The notes: generated from the sequence alone by a model not told the origin. Counted from the first letter of the stretch, positions 47,139-57,768 are shown. The stretch is 64,000 nucleotides of DNA from Candidatus Methanoperedenaceae archaeon (GCA_963753595.1 CAVWCX010000004.1:1-64000); one strand, 5' to 3'. Numbers and translations are program-made.

Positions 47139-48968
47139 TTACATTTCAATCCTGGAAATGACACCATGAAGCTTATGGGGCGGAAGTTTATAAAATTGGA
47201 CAAATGCAGGAGTATTTCTTTTTATAACCGAATATAGCTTCCATAATAAATTTTCTGTGACAATATCTTCAAGGCCATAGAATATGGTTTTTTCCTCAAT
47301 TCCGTTCTCCTTTAATAGAGCTTCAACATCAACAACTTCCATATATCCCATATATATCTCAAATACCCTTAACCCATCTGAAAGGTTACCCTTCAACGAA
47401 CCGGAAACCCCGAATGGATTTTCGGTTTTAATAAGGGAAACAATTATGTTATCTTCATAAATGATATTATTTTTAAACATCGTATTTGCCATATATGGGG
47501 GTATCCTTGTGATCTCTCTTGCAAAGAAAAGGGCGGTGCCTTTTATTTTAGCCATGTATTTGTAACATTCATCATATTCCCTAATAAAATCATCAAGCTT
47601 CATTGGTGAAAGTGCCTGACCGAGTTTTTTCTGGCCGGATGTGTAAATCATGATAATACTAAAAGGTATTATCGCCAGTATTATTGACCAGTAGCCTCCG
47701 ATTGGAATCTTATGAAGACTTGACACCAGGAATGCCATATCCACAAAGGTAACAAGTAATGATATCAAAGTCTTTAATCTATTGCCCTTTAAATAAAATA
47801 TCCAGGTCATCATAATACCTGTAAGGGTCATGGTTCCGGTAACAGCAAGACCGTAGGCTTCCGCAAGCAGAAATGATTGCTTGAATATGAACATGACAGT
47901 TAGAACTGAACCCAGCAAGAACCAGTTTGCAGAATCAATGTATATCTGGGACATCATTTCCCTGGATGTGTAATCCACTTTCAGCATAGGCAGGACACGT
48001 GTTGTAATTCCCTGATATACTATTGAGAACATGCCGCTGATCATCGCCTGGGAGGCTATTACCGTGGCAAGGATACTTAAAATAAGAAATGGGATATAAA
48101 ATATTGGAGCCTGGTGGAATATCATTTCAAAAAGGACATTATGCGCATCGGGATGCTGGATGATATACGATCCCTGCCCCAGATAATTTAATAACAGGGC
48201 AATTAATACAAAATACCATGCTCTTATTATTGGAAGTTTTCCCAGCTGCCCCATGTCTGCATATAATGCTTCTCCTCCTGTGGCACAAAGGATGACCTGG
48301 GAAAGTAAGAAGAATCCTGTAATACCGTTCTCTGCAAGGTAGGTTATTGCAAAGTATGGATTAAAAGACTGTAAAACGGTCGGATAATTGATAATATTGA
48401 TAAAACCGGAAAAAGTCAATGATATGAACCACAAAACCATGACCGGTCCGAATGCCCATGCAACTTTTTCCGTTCCTTTTTTCTGAACTGCAAATAATAT
48501 GATCGCGATAATGGCGGCTATGATAACGAGTGTATCTATACTTGTCCCTTCAAGTCCCGGGATCAGTTTCATACCTTCAACCGCGCTGAGTATGCTGATG
48601 GCAGGAGTAATTACGCCATCCCCGAAAAGAAGTGATATGCCAATAAAAGTGAGCAAAGTGACAAATGATATCTTCCTGCCCGACTTCAGCATGGGGATAA
48701 GCAATTGCTGAAGAACAATGGTGCCTCCTTCACCTTTCTGGCCAAGGCTCATGGCGAGCCATGCATATTCTATTGTAACTACGATAATGAGTGTCCAGAT
48801 AATAAGTGAAAGAATACCCATAACGTGAGGAATCGTAGGTGGGGTCAATAAAAAAATAACCGTGAGAGTGTATATCGGACTTGTTCCAATATCCCCGAAA
48901 ACAAGGCCCAATGATTTTATAATACCTTTTATGGCCTTTTTATCAAGCATGATCCACTCTCCTTTCAT
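47139..48968 (-). CDS. kup: KUP/HAK/KT potassium transporter (tandem paralog)
   Basis: Same motifs as the neighbouring copy. Confidence 0.95.
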   Translation of the reverse strand: MKGEWIMLDKKAIKGIIKSLGLVFGDIGTSPIYTLTVIFLLTPPTIPHVMGILSLIIWTLIIVVTIEYAWLAMSLGQKGEGGTIVLQQLLIPMLKSGRKISFVTLLTFIGISLLFGDGVITPAISILSAVEGMKLIPGLEGTSIDTLVIIAAIIAIILFAVQKKGTEKVAWAFGPVMVLWFISLTFSGFINIINYPTVLQSFNPYFAITYLAENGITGFFLLSQVILCATGGEALYADMGQLGKLPIIRAWYFVLIALLLNYLGQGSYIIQHPDAHNVLFEMIFHQAPIFYIPFLILSILATVIASQAMISGMFSIVYQGITTRVLPMLKVDYTSREMMSQIYIDSANWFLLGSVLTVMFIFKQSFLLAEAYGLAVTGTMTLTGIMMTWIFYLKGNRLKTLISLLVTFVDMAFLVSSLHKIPIGGYWSIILAIIPFSIIMIYTSGQKKLGQALSPMKLDDFIREYDECYKYMAKIKGTALFFAREITRIPPYMANTMFKNNIIYEDNIIVSLIKTENPFGVSGSLKGNLSDGLRVFEIYMGYMEVVDVEALLKENGIEEKTIFYGLEDIVTENLLWKLYSVIKRNTPAFVQFYKLPPHKLHGVISRIEM

Positions 48969-49026
48969 TATTGATTTCTCTAAGAGAGATTAAAAGGTAT
49001 TAATGATTTCCAATCAAAAAAAAAGG

Positions 49027-50163
49027 TCATTCCACAAATGGATGACCAGATTTCAATATAACATCAGCTACTTCCGGCCTCATGGAATCGGCTGGCGGTC
49101 TCTTTCCGGCTTCTATCATCTGCCTCATCTTTGTCCCGCTAAAATCCACCCTGTCCGTATGGGGGCAGACCTTGTCATTGGATATGCCGCCGCACTTGTT
49201 GCAATGGAAGAACGACATGAAGAACATTGGCTCAATACCGATATCGGGGAACTCCTTGAATATTTCCTGCGCTGCGAAAGGATGATAGTAGCTTCCCACG
49301 CCTGCATGATCCCTTCCGATGATGAAATGGGTGCAGCCATAATTCTTTCTTACAATAGCATGGAATATGGCTTCTCTGGGGCCAGCATAGCGCATCTCTG
49401 TCTGGAAAATTCCAAGAACGACCCTGTCCTTGGGATAATAATTTTCGATCAGGACTTCATAGCTTTCAAGTATTACATCATCCTTGAAATCGCCCTTCTT
49501 CTTCTTGCCAATGACAGGATTTATGAAAAGCCCGTCAACCATCGTAAGCGCTGATTTCTGGAGGTATTCATGGCCAAGGTGCGCAACGTTCCTGGTCTGG
49601 AACCCCACTACTTTTTCCCAGCCTTTTTCCTTGAATAGATTCCTGGTTTCGGCGGGTTTCATCGCATATTTGAAATAAGGTGTTTCTGATTCATTTACCA
49701 GGCTTATCTTTCCGCCAAGCAGTGTATCCTTCATGGAATACGTCTTTGCCACACCCGGATGTGCTGCATCGTTTGTTCCATACACCTGCTCTGCGAATGC
49801 TCTTTTATCGTAATTATAGATTTCTTCAACCTGCATCACTGCAACGAGATTTGCGTCGTTTTTGAGGAGAATTTCATCTCCTTCTTTTATATCTTTGTTA
49901 TCGGTGTCAAGAACAATAGGAAGAGTCCATGGAAGGCCATTCGAGAGGCGCTTATTGTAGAGTATGCTCTCATAATCTTCCCGTCCATTGAAACCTTCAA
50001 GAGGGCTGAAAAGCCCGGAAGCGATATTTTCAATATCCTTCATCAGGTCAACGCTGACCGGGACGCCCTGGTATTCAGAAGCCTGGTCTATGATCTTTTT
50101 TCGTTTTTGTTCGGTTAATGTGCGGTTGATTAATTTTCCGCCGTGAGGTTTTATTTGTGTCAT
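49027..50163 (-). CDS. sat: Sulfate adenylyltransferase
   Basis: PHGG, FQTRN..H.GH, MRYAGPREA, GRDHAG. Confidence 0.96.
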   Translation of the reverse strand: MTQIKPHGGKLINRTLTEQKRKKIIDQASEYQGVPVSVDLMKDIENIASGLFSPLEGFNGREDYESILYNKRLSNGLPWTLPIVLDTDNKDIKEGDEILLKNDANLVAVMQVEEIYNYDKRAFAEQVYGTNDAAHPGVAKTYSMKDTLLGGKISLVNESETPYFKYAMKPAETRNLFKEKGWEKVVGFQTRNVAHLGHEYLQKSALTMVDGLFINPVIGKKKKGDFKDDVILESYEVLIENYYPKDRVVLGIFQTEMRYAGPREAIFHAIVRKNYGCTHFIIGRDHAGVGSYYHPFAAQEIFKEFPDIGIEPMFFMSFFHCNKCGGISNDKVCPHTDRVDFSGTKMRQMIEAGKRPPADSMRPEVADVILKSGHPFVE

Positions 50164-50250
50164 TGTAATCCCAGATTTCCTCCCAGATTGAATTGCTTCG
50201 TAATAATTGTTTGTGAGAATGAATATGAGATGCTCTTTCCTATGCGTTGA

Positions 50251-50410
50251 AAAACCACAGAGTCAGCTATGAACTGCGGTTCCTAAATGAATATTGAAAA
50301 AACAACGAACAAAAACGAACTGAAACGAACTCCGGTGGCGTGAGTTCGTTTGGTTCGTACGAGTTCGTTGTTAATTTTCATACCAGGGCGCAGAGGACAC
50401 AAAGAAAACA
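50251..50410. repeat. Second copy of the palindromic repeat (inverted relative to the 42.3-kb copy)
   Basis: 50301-50386 is the near-exact reverse complement of 42370-42455; flanked by CACAGAG-type units. Confidence 0.85.
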
Positions 50411-50522
50411 CCATCATGGATTCCCTCCCGGTACAGCAAGCAAATAATGTGCCAGCGCAACCATCAAAGCTATGAAACTAATAATGAGAAAAGTTTCTGA
50501 GACCTTAAGAAACCCACGTTTC

Positions 50523-50714
50523 CTACCTACTATTTCTTCGAACGTCTCTTTTGAGGCGCTGCAAACCTTCGATTACTTTTAGCTCGCCTGTGCGCAGTTC
50601 AAATGTTTGCGCTGCTATGGCATTTCCTTTGTCCATAACTTTTGCACTAAAATGATTTGGCGACTCCCCGGATAACTGAATTTCGAAATCCCTGTAATTC
50701 AATGACAACACCAT
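50523..50714 (-). pseudogene. Truncated N-terminal fragment resembling CHAT-domain protein N-termini
   Basis: LNYRDFEIQL...F.AKV start, ends after 63 aa. Confidence 0.4.
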
Positions 50715-50758
50715 CGAATGATGATGGTTTACATGATTGAATGATATTATAAGCTTTC

Positions 50759-51109
50759 TTATGTTTTTCTTGTTTTATCTTCAATGAAATTAAGTAAATC
50801 TGTAAGATTTACGTCTTCACCTGACAAAATATCATTTCCATCATGCACATGGTGTGGAAAATTCACTAAATCCTTATGGTGGGGTGCATTATCCCATCTT
50901 CTGATAATCTTTCCATCTTTTTGCCAGTGGTACGAATATTCCCTCCAGTTTTCACCTATAGCTTCATTCACAAAAAGAGTGGAACCGTCTTTTAAAGTAG
51001 CGTTTGCTTTGATTAATTCGATCTCCGGATCAACAAGTGTTTTTACGATTCGCAATTCATCTACAAGAATGTGGTTTCTCAGAATAGCTATGGTTCTGGC
51101 TACAACCAT
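50759..51109 (-). CDS. DUF6516/TumE-like putative toxin
   Basis: YSYHWQ...RWDNAPHH...FPHHVH. Confidence 0.82.
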   Translation of the reverse strand: MVVARTIAILRNHILVDELRIVKTLVDPEIELIKANATLKDGSTLFVNEAIGENWREYSYHWQKDGKIIRRWDNAPHHKDLVNFPHHVHDGNDILSGEDVNLTDLLNFIEDKTRKT

Positions 51110-51417
51110 TGAGAGGACTCCTCATGAATGGATTTCCAGTAATGATATGATTTATAATACGCTTTCCATTCAATATAGTCGTCCCATTTCTCAAAGTCTT
51201 CTTTAACTGCTGATTCTATCTGTTTTTCAAAATCCTCAAATGTAATCCCATATTTTTTTTCAAATCCCTGTGTAGTATTTTCAGTTTCTTTCATTTTGGA
51301 CAGGCTCATATCATGCACTATATTTATGAGTGCAGATTTCTCATTTTTATATATGCCATGGCGCACCAGACCTGATATTGGGCTCCAGACATCTTTGGGA
51401 ATTTCTACGGTTTCCAT
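51100..51417 (-). CDS. Putative antitoxin partner
   Basis: FEKKYGITFEDF...DDYIEW; overlaps the toxin start. Confidence 0.72.
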   Translation of the reverse strand: METVEIPKDVWSPISGLVRHGIYKNEKSALINIVHDMSLSKMKETENTTQGFEKKYGITFEDFEKQIESAVKEDFEKWDDYIEWKAYYKSYHYWKSIHEESSQWL

Positions 51418-51526
51418 GATTGATCAGCTTTTATAAGAGATACTATTTATTTTCTATTGGATAATACTATTGTTGGTCAAAAAAATCAAAAAAACTCATA
51501 GCCCACTATACAGTGGGCTCGCTCTT

Positions 51527-52246
51527 TTATTTCTTCACATTCCCCGCATGCAGCCCGCATTCCTTCTTCGTTGCATCTTCCCACCACCAGCGCCCTTCGC
51601 GCTCATGCTGGCCCGGAAGCACAGGTTTTGTGCAAGGTTCGCATCCGATGCTAATGAATCCTTTTTCATGCAGTTTATTATAAGGAACATTATTTTCCCG
51701 TATGTAATCCCAGACCTGCTTTGAAGTCCAGTTAGCGATAGGGTTGAATTTTACCAGGTTCCCTGTTCCGAAGGTCGGGTCTTTCTGTATGACAGGAACA
51801 TTTGCTCTCGTTCCGGGACTCTGGTCTTTTCGCTGTCCTGTTATCCATGCATCCACTGTATTCAGGGCGCGCTTTAACGGGTCAACTTTACGCGCATCGC
51901 AGCATTCCTTGTGACCATCCTGGTAAAATGAATACAATCCTTTTTCTTTCACAAGTTTTTCAGTTGCATCGCGGTTTGCGAAAAATACTTCTACCGGGAT
52001 ATTATAGGTCTTCCGGACCTCTTCGATGAACTGGTATGTCTCAGGATGAAGGCGCCCGGTATCAAGCGAAAATACCCTGAAATCATTACTGATCTTTTTT
52101 GCCATGTCGATCAGAACAACATCCTCCGCCCCGCTAAAGGATATTGCGATGTTCTTGAAATTATTAAGCGCCAGCTCAAGGATTTCCTGGGGCGTCTTAT
52201 TCTCATAATCTTTTGCAGATCTTTCAATATTAAGTTTTTCTGACAT
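51527..52246 (-). CDS. cysH: APS/PAPS reductase, Fe-S (APS reductase) type
   Basis: SFSGAED, LDTG, ECC...GCEPCT cluster ligands, REGRW, ECGLH. Confidence 0.92.
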   Translation of the reverse strand: MSEKLNIERSAKDYENKTPQEILELALNNFKNIAISFSGAEDVVLIDMAKKISNDFRVFSLDTGRLHPETYQFIEEVRKTYNIPVEVFFANRDATEKLVKEKGLYSFYQDGHKECCDARKVDPLKRALNTVDAWITGQRKDQSPGTRANVPVIQKDPTFGTGNLVKFNPIANWTSKQVWDYIRENNVPYNKLHEKGFISIGCEPCTKPVLPGQHEREGRWWWEDATKKECGLHAGNVKK

Positions 52247-52253
52247 TTTTTCA

Positions 52254-53111
52254 CTATCCTAAGATATCTTTACTGAAGTTCTCGAACCCCACACGTTCTA
52301 TGCAATCCCCGAATCGCTCGCCGATTTTTGTATTCTTCTTTGACCAGTTGATGATATTTCGGAATATTTCCACCGCTTCCTGTGGGGATTTCGCATTGGT
52401 CAATTCTTTCCCGAGCAGGGGGTGCCTTCCGATTTTTCCGCCCACAAATATCTTATAGCCTTTCCACTCCTCTGTTATGAGGTCTGATGGGCATGCGCCC
52501 ACACAGGCTCCGCACAAATTGCATTTATCCCAGAGTATTTTCACTTTATCGTTTTCAAGAACGATGGCTTTTTCAGGGCACATGAAAGTGCATGTTCCGC
52601 ATCCGGTGCATGCATCGATGTCTATGACAGGCCTTGATACGCCCATTACCCCCAGATCATTCTCCTGCGGTTTTGCACAGGCATTAGGGCATCCTGTAAC
52701 TGCGAACTTGATCTTGACCGGCATGTCCTCACCAAAGAACTCCTTATCCAGCAGTCCTCCCATACCATATGTATCTATGATGCCGTAATTGCATTCCAAA
52801 TTTCCAGGGCAGGAGATAATGTTTCTCACCCTCGGTCCGCATGATCCCGGAGGGGTTCCGTTATCTTCCAGTTCTTTCGTGATGGCGTCAAGATTATGGA
52901 CATCCACATCCGGTATCTGCATTCCCTGGCGCGTGGTGATATGTATGTATCCGGTTCCATATTTTTGGGCTATACGGGTTATGCCGGTAAGCTGATCGCA
53001 GGTTACATTGCCGCATGGCATGCGAAGCCTGACAACGAAAAGATCTTTCTGGCGTTGCTTCATGTAACCGGATTTTTTTAAAGTTGCTATGTCAAGTTTT
53101 TCTAGGGTCAT
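52254..53111 (-). CDS. Sulfite reductase-like protein (Dsr-LP/AsrC-like, siroheme + ferredoxin)
   Basis: HITTRQG, CPGNLEC and GCPNAC siroheme-[4Fe-4S] ligands, two CxxCxxCxxxCP motifs. Confidence 0.88.
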   Translation of the reverse strand: MTLEKLDIATLKKSGYMKQRQKDLFVVRLRMPCGNVTCDQLTGITRIAQKYGTGYIHITTRQGMQIPDVDVHNLDAITKELEDNGTPPGSCGPRVRNIISCPGNLECNYGIIDTYGMGGLLDKEFFGEDMPVKIKFAVTGCPNACAKPQENDLGVMGVSRPVIDIDACTGCGTCTFMCPEKAIVLENDKVKILWDKCNLCGACVGACPSDLITEEWKGYKIFVGGKIGRHPLLGKELTNAKSPQEAVEIFRNIINWSKKNTKIGERFGDCIERVGFENFSKDILG

Positions 53112-53209
53112 GGTTCACCTTGATATAAAGTTGATATTTAAATAATCTGGGTGTTAAACTTGCAAGATCAAAATATAACTGATGAATGCGGCAATATTTG
53201 ACTGGATAA

Positions 53210-54139
53210 TTAACTCAAAGCATTCAGGGATACGATCCCAGACTTTACAGCTTCTGCAGATATATCCAGGGCTTTTTTCTCCTCACCTGTCAGTTCAAGT
53301 TCAAGGATATCTTCAATACCGATGCTTCCGAGTTTGACAGGAACGCCAAGATATATGTCTTTTTTGCCATACTCCCCGCTCAAATAAGCACATGCCGGAA
53401 GAATGCGCTTTGTATCTTTTATCACAGCTTCAACCATATTTGTCACAGCTGCGGATGGGGCATAGAATGCACTGCCGGTCTTGAGAAGGTTAACGATCTC
53501 AGCTCCACCGTTTATCGTTCGGTCAACAAGCTGCTTTATAGTTGATTCCTGCATAAGTTCTGTGATCGGGACACCTGAAACCGTCGTAAATCGGGGTAGA
53601 GGTACCATGGTATCCCCGTGCCCTCCCAGGACCATCGCATTAATATCCCGCACCGAGCAGCCAAGTTCAAGCGCAATAAATGTGGCAAACCTGCCCGCAT
53701 CAAGTACACCGCTCATCCCGAAGACCCGGTGTGGTTCAAAACCTGTGGTTTTCATGGACACATACGTCATTATATCAAGCGGGTTCGTGACAGTGATTAC
53801 CACAGAATCCGGTGCATAACGTTTGATATTCTGTGAGACATCGGTTATTATTTTAGTATTTATTTTCAGAAGGTCTTCCCTTGTCATTCCAGGTTTTCTT
53901 GCTATTCCGGCAGTAATGACAACTACATCCGATCCCTCGATATCCCTGTAGTCGTTCGTTCCGATAATATTTGAATCATAACCCAAAAGTGGCCCAGCTT
54001 CCAGAATGTCAAGAGCTTTACCCTGGGGCAGCCCTTCAACTATATCAGTCATTACTACATCCCCGAGTTCTTTTTCTGCAATTCTTTGCGCAGTCGTTGC
54101 ACCGACCGCTCCTGCTCCGATAATTGTGATTTTTGGCAT
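53210..54139 (-). CDS. mdh: Malate dehydrogenase (LDH-like)
   Basis: IGAGAVG, ARKPGMTREDL, TNPLD, GGHGD. Confidence 0.95.
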   Translation of the reverse strand: MPKITIIGAGAVGATTAQRIAEKELGDVVMTDIVEGLPQGKALDILEAGPLLGYDSNIIGTNDYRDIEGSDVVVITAGIARKPGMTREDLLKINTKIITDVSQNIKRYAPDSVVITVTNPLDIMTYVSMKTTGFEPHRVFGMSGVLDAGRFATFIALELGCSVRDINAMVLGGHGDTMVPLPRFTTVSGVPITELMQESTIKQLVDRTINGGAEIVNLLKTGSAFYAPSAAVTNMVEAVIKDTKRILPACAYLSGEYGKKDIYLGVPVKLGSIGIEDILELELTGEEKKALDISAEAVKSGIVSLNALS

Positions 54140-54229
54140 GTATGTTCACCTTGATTTTTTTTGTATGAAGGTGGTTAATTGACGATAATAGTTATGCACG
54201 TATTTTGACGCAAAGGATATATTGACAGA

Positions 54230-54688
54230 ATGCATAACAAATCCCTGATGAAAAATTTAATCCCTGTAATATTTATTATTTTATTATTGTTCTCACTTCT
54301 CCCATTGTCCGTGGGGTCGCAAGGCACCCGTACTTTTGAGATATCATCACTAACAATAAAATTCGATAAAACAGATGCTGAATTTATAGTAAATTATGAC
54401 CTTGGTGCTATTCCAAAAATGTATATTCTTTTGATGGGAGGAAGAAGCATCGAGCCAAAGATGAAAGAAATCTTCTCTAATTTAGATTATGAGGTCATAA
54501 AAATGGATCAGGATAAGGCAATTCTGCATGTAAAAAACGTCTCAAGATTTGAAAAAGGTTATTATTTACATGATTCGATCAGTTTAGGGACACAAATAAA
54601 AACGATCATTGTTTACATTCCCGAAGACTCCCGCCCCACTGAATATGTTGGCCTTAATGCCACACCCAACAAATTCTACAGTCAGTGA
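54230..54688 (+). CDS. Hypothetical secreted protein
   Basis: Signal-peptide-like N-terminus. Confidence 0.65.
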   Translation: MHNKSLMKNLIPVIFIILLLFSLLPLSVGSQGTRTFEISSLTIKFDKTDAEFIVNYDLGAIPKMYILLMGGRSIEPKMKEIFSNLDYEVIKMDQDKAILHVKNVSRFEKGYYLHDSISLGTQIKTIIVYIPEDSRPTEYVGLNATPNKFYSQ

Positions 54689-55119
54689 TCCTTCTTTTTC
54701 TTAAAGACAGATGGCAAATTAACGATATATGTACCATCTTCTTTGAGCGCCATGACAATTTCCTTCCTTTCAAGCAGCGATTCAAGATTTAATTCATACT
54801 GACCTGGTGATAATATCCTGATCGATTCGATCCTGTCCCCTATCTCTTTTGGCGCAGTTTCAGGTTTCGGCTCATTTTTTAATTCGGTTTTTTCTTCCTT
54901 AATACCCAGTATCTCATCGATTTCTCTTATAAAATTCGAGGCTTCGGGTGATATCTGGCCTGTGTTTGCCACAGTCCCGATTTTTACAACTGGTCCCGAA
55001 CCAGGTGAGTCATCTCTCACATAAAGGAATTTATTCCAGCCGCATTTCGGGCAGCCATTCAATATTATGGCTGCACCGTCCTTGAATATGCTCTCGCATC
55101 TTGTGCATTTGTGTGGCAT
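54682..55119 (-). CDS. oapC: Zn-ribbon protein DUF2072 (OapC)
   Basis: MPHKCTRC...GCPKCG..KF.Y, IESIRI..PGQYELNL. Confidence 0.88.
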   Translation of the reverse strand: MPHKCTRCESIFKDGAAIILNGCPKCGWNKFLYVRDDSPGSGPVVKIGTVANTGQISPEASNFIREIDEILGIKEEKTELKNEPKPETAPKEIGDRIESIRILSPGQYELNLESLLERKEIVMALKEDGTYIVNLPSVFKKKKDH

Positions 55120-55122
55120 AAT

Positions 55123-55503
55123 TTATGGTGAGACTAATGCACTTATTAAATCCCGATCTTTCTTAATTGTTTTTAATTGTGCTGCAGGGCCTATAACCGT
55201 AAGCCGTGTCTTGAGAGTTGTCTTTCCAAATATCTTATTCAGGAAATTTTCGTTTTGTTTTACCGGATAACTCTCGATCTCGATTCCTGAAAAATCATCC
55301 GGTTCTATCTCTGCCATTGTCAGTTCAATGAGTTTTGTCTGTTCGCTGGGAGTGAGCCCTTTTTCAAGTATGAGTATCTTTCCGCTTCGCACTTCGTCAA
55401 GAATCAACCTCACTTTTTCCATGGAAGTCATGCCATCAAGCTTTTCTTCCGATATTAAATCCATCTGAATTCCTTTCATATGATCACCCGAAATGCTCTG
55501 CAA
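55123..55503 (-). CDS. oapB: DUF2073 protein (OapB)
   Basis: EKVRLILDEV, LE.GLTP.EQ, F.GIEIESYP, LTVIGPA. Confidence 0.88.
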   Translation of the reverse strand: MQSISGDHMKGIQMDLISEEKLDGMTSMEKVRLILDEVRSGKILILEKGLTPSEQTKLIELTMAEIEPDDFSGIEIESYPVKQNENFLNKIFGKTTLKTRLTVIGPAAQLKTIKKDRDLISALVSP

Positions 55504-56116
55504 TTTCTTTATACAATAAATCTATGTTTTTCCCTTCAAGAGCGGATATGGGAACAAGCGGATGCTGCGGAAAAGCGCTTTGTATCCTTGCCGGTGATGA
55601 ATTTGGAAGGTCTATCTTATTTGCTGCTATCAATATGGGAAGTTTCCGAGCTTCAAAATTCCCGATTATGACCACATTCACCTGGGTATACGGATCTTCA
55701 GTTGCATCCATTACCAGTATTACACCGTCTAAGTCCTCAAGCCATTTTACCGATTCCATTACGCCTTCGGTTGCTTCTTTGGCGCGTCGTTTCGACTCCT
55801 CCTCCGGGAGCCCGAAAGTCATGAAATCGTGAAAATCGATCTTTGTAGCAATTCCCGGCGTATCTATAATATCCAGTGTTACGGAAGAACCGTTACTCAC
55901 TATGGTAACATCTTCACGCCTTCTTGCTCTTCTTGTCTCATGCGGAATATGGGATACAGAACCCATGGCATCCCCGGTCCAATCCCTGACGATCCTGTTA
56001 GCGAGTGTGGTTTTGCCCGCATTGGGAGGTCCATATATTCCGATTTTCGCCTTTTTTTTCTTAAATAGTCTTTTCAACCAGGAAAAATTAAGTCCCAGCC
56101 TTTTTATTATGCCCAT
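55484..56116 (-). CDS. oapA: Era-like GTP-binding protein (OapA)
   Basis: GPPNAGKTT, DTPG, NKID, SAL. Confidence 0.9.
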   Translation of the reverse strand: MGIIKRLGLNFSWLKRLFKKKKAKIGIYGPPNAGKTTLANRIVRDWTGDAMGSVSHIPHETRRARRREDVTIVSNGSSVTLDIIDTPGIATKIDFHDFMTFGLPEEESKRRAKEATEGVMESVKWLEDLDGVILVMDATEDPYTQVNVVIIGNFEARKLPILIAANKIDLPNSSPARIQSAFPQHPLVPISALEGKNIDLLYKEIAEHFG

Positions 56117-56164
56117 AGTTTTGCCTCACTGTCTAATAGAAGTTCCCTCTTTTTTAGTTTTCCC

Positions 56165-57565
56165 TTAGAATTCCGACAATTTCAATTGCCTCTTTATGCA
56201 TTTCTCTCCCGGGATCTCAACCGGATATATCCCGCTCAAACACCCCAGGCATAGATCATCCATCGGGATCCCTATGGATTCCACAAGTCCATCAATACTT
56301 AAATATCCCAGAGAATCTGCATTTATTAAGGCCTCAACGCCTTTTACTGCCTTGTGTGCTGCAATAAGTTCTTCACGAGTTGCCATATCGATCCCCAGAT
56401 AACAAGGAGAAATTATAGGGGGGCTTGCCACTCGCATATGTACTTCCCTTGTCCCTGATTTGCGGATCATATCTATTATTCGGCGCGAAGTTGTTCCGCG
56501 CACAATGCTGTCATCCACGAGAACGATGCTTTTACCATCAATATTGGGTTTAATGGTATTTAGTTTCAGCCGGACGGCCGTTTCTCTCATATCCTGCCCG
56601 GGCATAATGAATGTCCGGCCTATGTAGCGGTTCTTCATAAGCCCTTCCATATAATCCATGCCTGATTTCTTTGAGTAACCGATCGCATATGTAATTCCGG
56701 AATCAGGAACAGGCGAAACGATATCCGCTATGGCCGGATGCTCTTTAAAAAGCATCTCTCCGATTCGCATCCTCACATTATAAACAAGCTGGCCATCTAT
56801 GACTGAATCCGGCCGTGCGAAATAAATATATTCAAAGACACAATGTGCAGTATTTTTTGATTTTACCAGCTGATGGCTTTCGTAGGTCCCATTGCTGAAA
56901 ACAAGCATCTCGCCAGGAGCTACATCACGTATCAGCTGCCCGTTCAAAATATCAATGGCAACACTCTCGGACGCCACTACATAACCATTATCGAGAGATC
57001 CAAAACAAAGGGGTTTTATGCCAAGCGGGTCACGAATAACAACGATCGTTTTATCTATCAGGATAGCAAGTGAATATGAACCAACAAGCTGTTTTATTAC
57101 ATTTTTAACGGCATCTTTAAGCTCGTTGTGCATCAGTTCTTTCACAAGAAGATGAGCTATGACTTCTGTGTCCGATTCTGATAAAAATATCCTTCCTTCC
57201 TTTTCAAGCCCGGTCCTCAATTCTTTTGAGTTTACAAGGTTACCATTATGAGCGATAGCTATGGTCCCGCTCTTAAAACTTACAAGAAGAGGCTGGCAAT
57301 TCTCGATCTTTGAACTGCCTGTGGTTGAATATCGGACATGCCCTATCCCTACATGACCTTTAAGTTTCTGTATATCTGCCCTGTTAAAAACATCAGGCAC
57401 AAGACCCATACCTTTTAAGGTGCGGACCTGGCTGCCATCATGAACAGTTATTCCTGCGGATTCCTGTCCCCTGTGCTGGAGAGCAAAAAGTGCATAGTAG
57501 ATTGACAGTGCGGCAGATGTCTCCTCTTTAAAAGAGACACCGATTATACCGCATTCTTCATGCAA
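56165..57565 (-). CDS. purF: Amidophosphoribosyltransferase
   Basis: ECG N-terminal Cys, QHRGQ, GHVRYST, VDDSIVRGTT. Confidence 0.97.
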   Translation of the reverse strand: MHEECGIIGVSFKEETSAALSIYYALFALQHRGQESAGITVHDGSQVRTLKGMGLVPDVFNRADIQKLKGHVGIGHVRYSTTGSSKIENCQPLLVSFKSGTIAIAHNGNLVNSKELRTGLEKEGRIFLSESDTEVIAHLLVKELMHNELKDAVKNVIKQLVGSYSLAILIDKTIVVIRDPLGIKPLCFGSLDNGYVVASESVAIDILNGQLIRDVAPGEMLVFSNGTYESHQLVKSKNTAHCVFEYIYFARPDSVIDGQLVYNVRMRIGEMLFKEHPAIADIVSPVPDSGITYAIGYSKKSGMDYMEGLMKNRYIGRTFIMPGQDMRETAVRLKLNTIKPNIDGKSIVLVDDSIVRGTTSRRIIDMIRKSGTREVHMRVASPPIISPCYLGIDMATREELIAAHKAVKGVEALINADSLGYLSIDGLVESIGIPMDDLCLGCLSGIYPVEIPGEKCIKRQLKLSEF

Positions 57566-57576
57566 CCGTAGTCACC

Positions 57577-57747
57577 TTAATAACCGCATTTTTCTTGCCA
57601 TTTGTAGGATCTCATGTGTGCGGTCTTACCAAAACCACACGCTGCGCACATTTTTGTGTGCGTGTTCATTGATGCTTTCCCGCATCTTCTGCATATTACA
57701 TGTGTTTTCTTCTGATTCTTACCGAATGAAGGCGTACCTTTTGACAT
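57577..57747 (-). CDS. rpl37e: 50S ribosomal protein L37e (not in ORF track)
   Basis: Manual translation [56 protein letters not shown]. Confidence 0.95.
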   Translation of the reverse strand: MSKGTPSFGKNQKKTHVICRRCGKASMNTHTKMCAACGFGKTAHMRSYKWQEKCGY

Positions 57748-57768
57748 ATTTTAATCACCTTTTAAATC

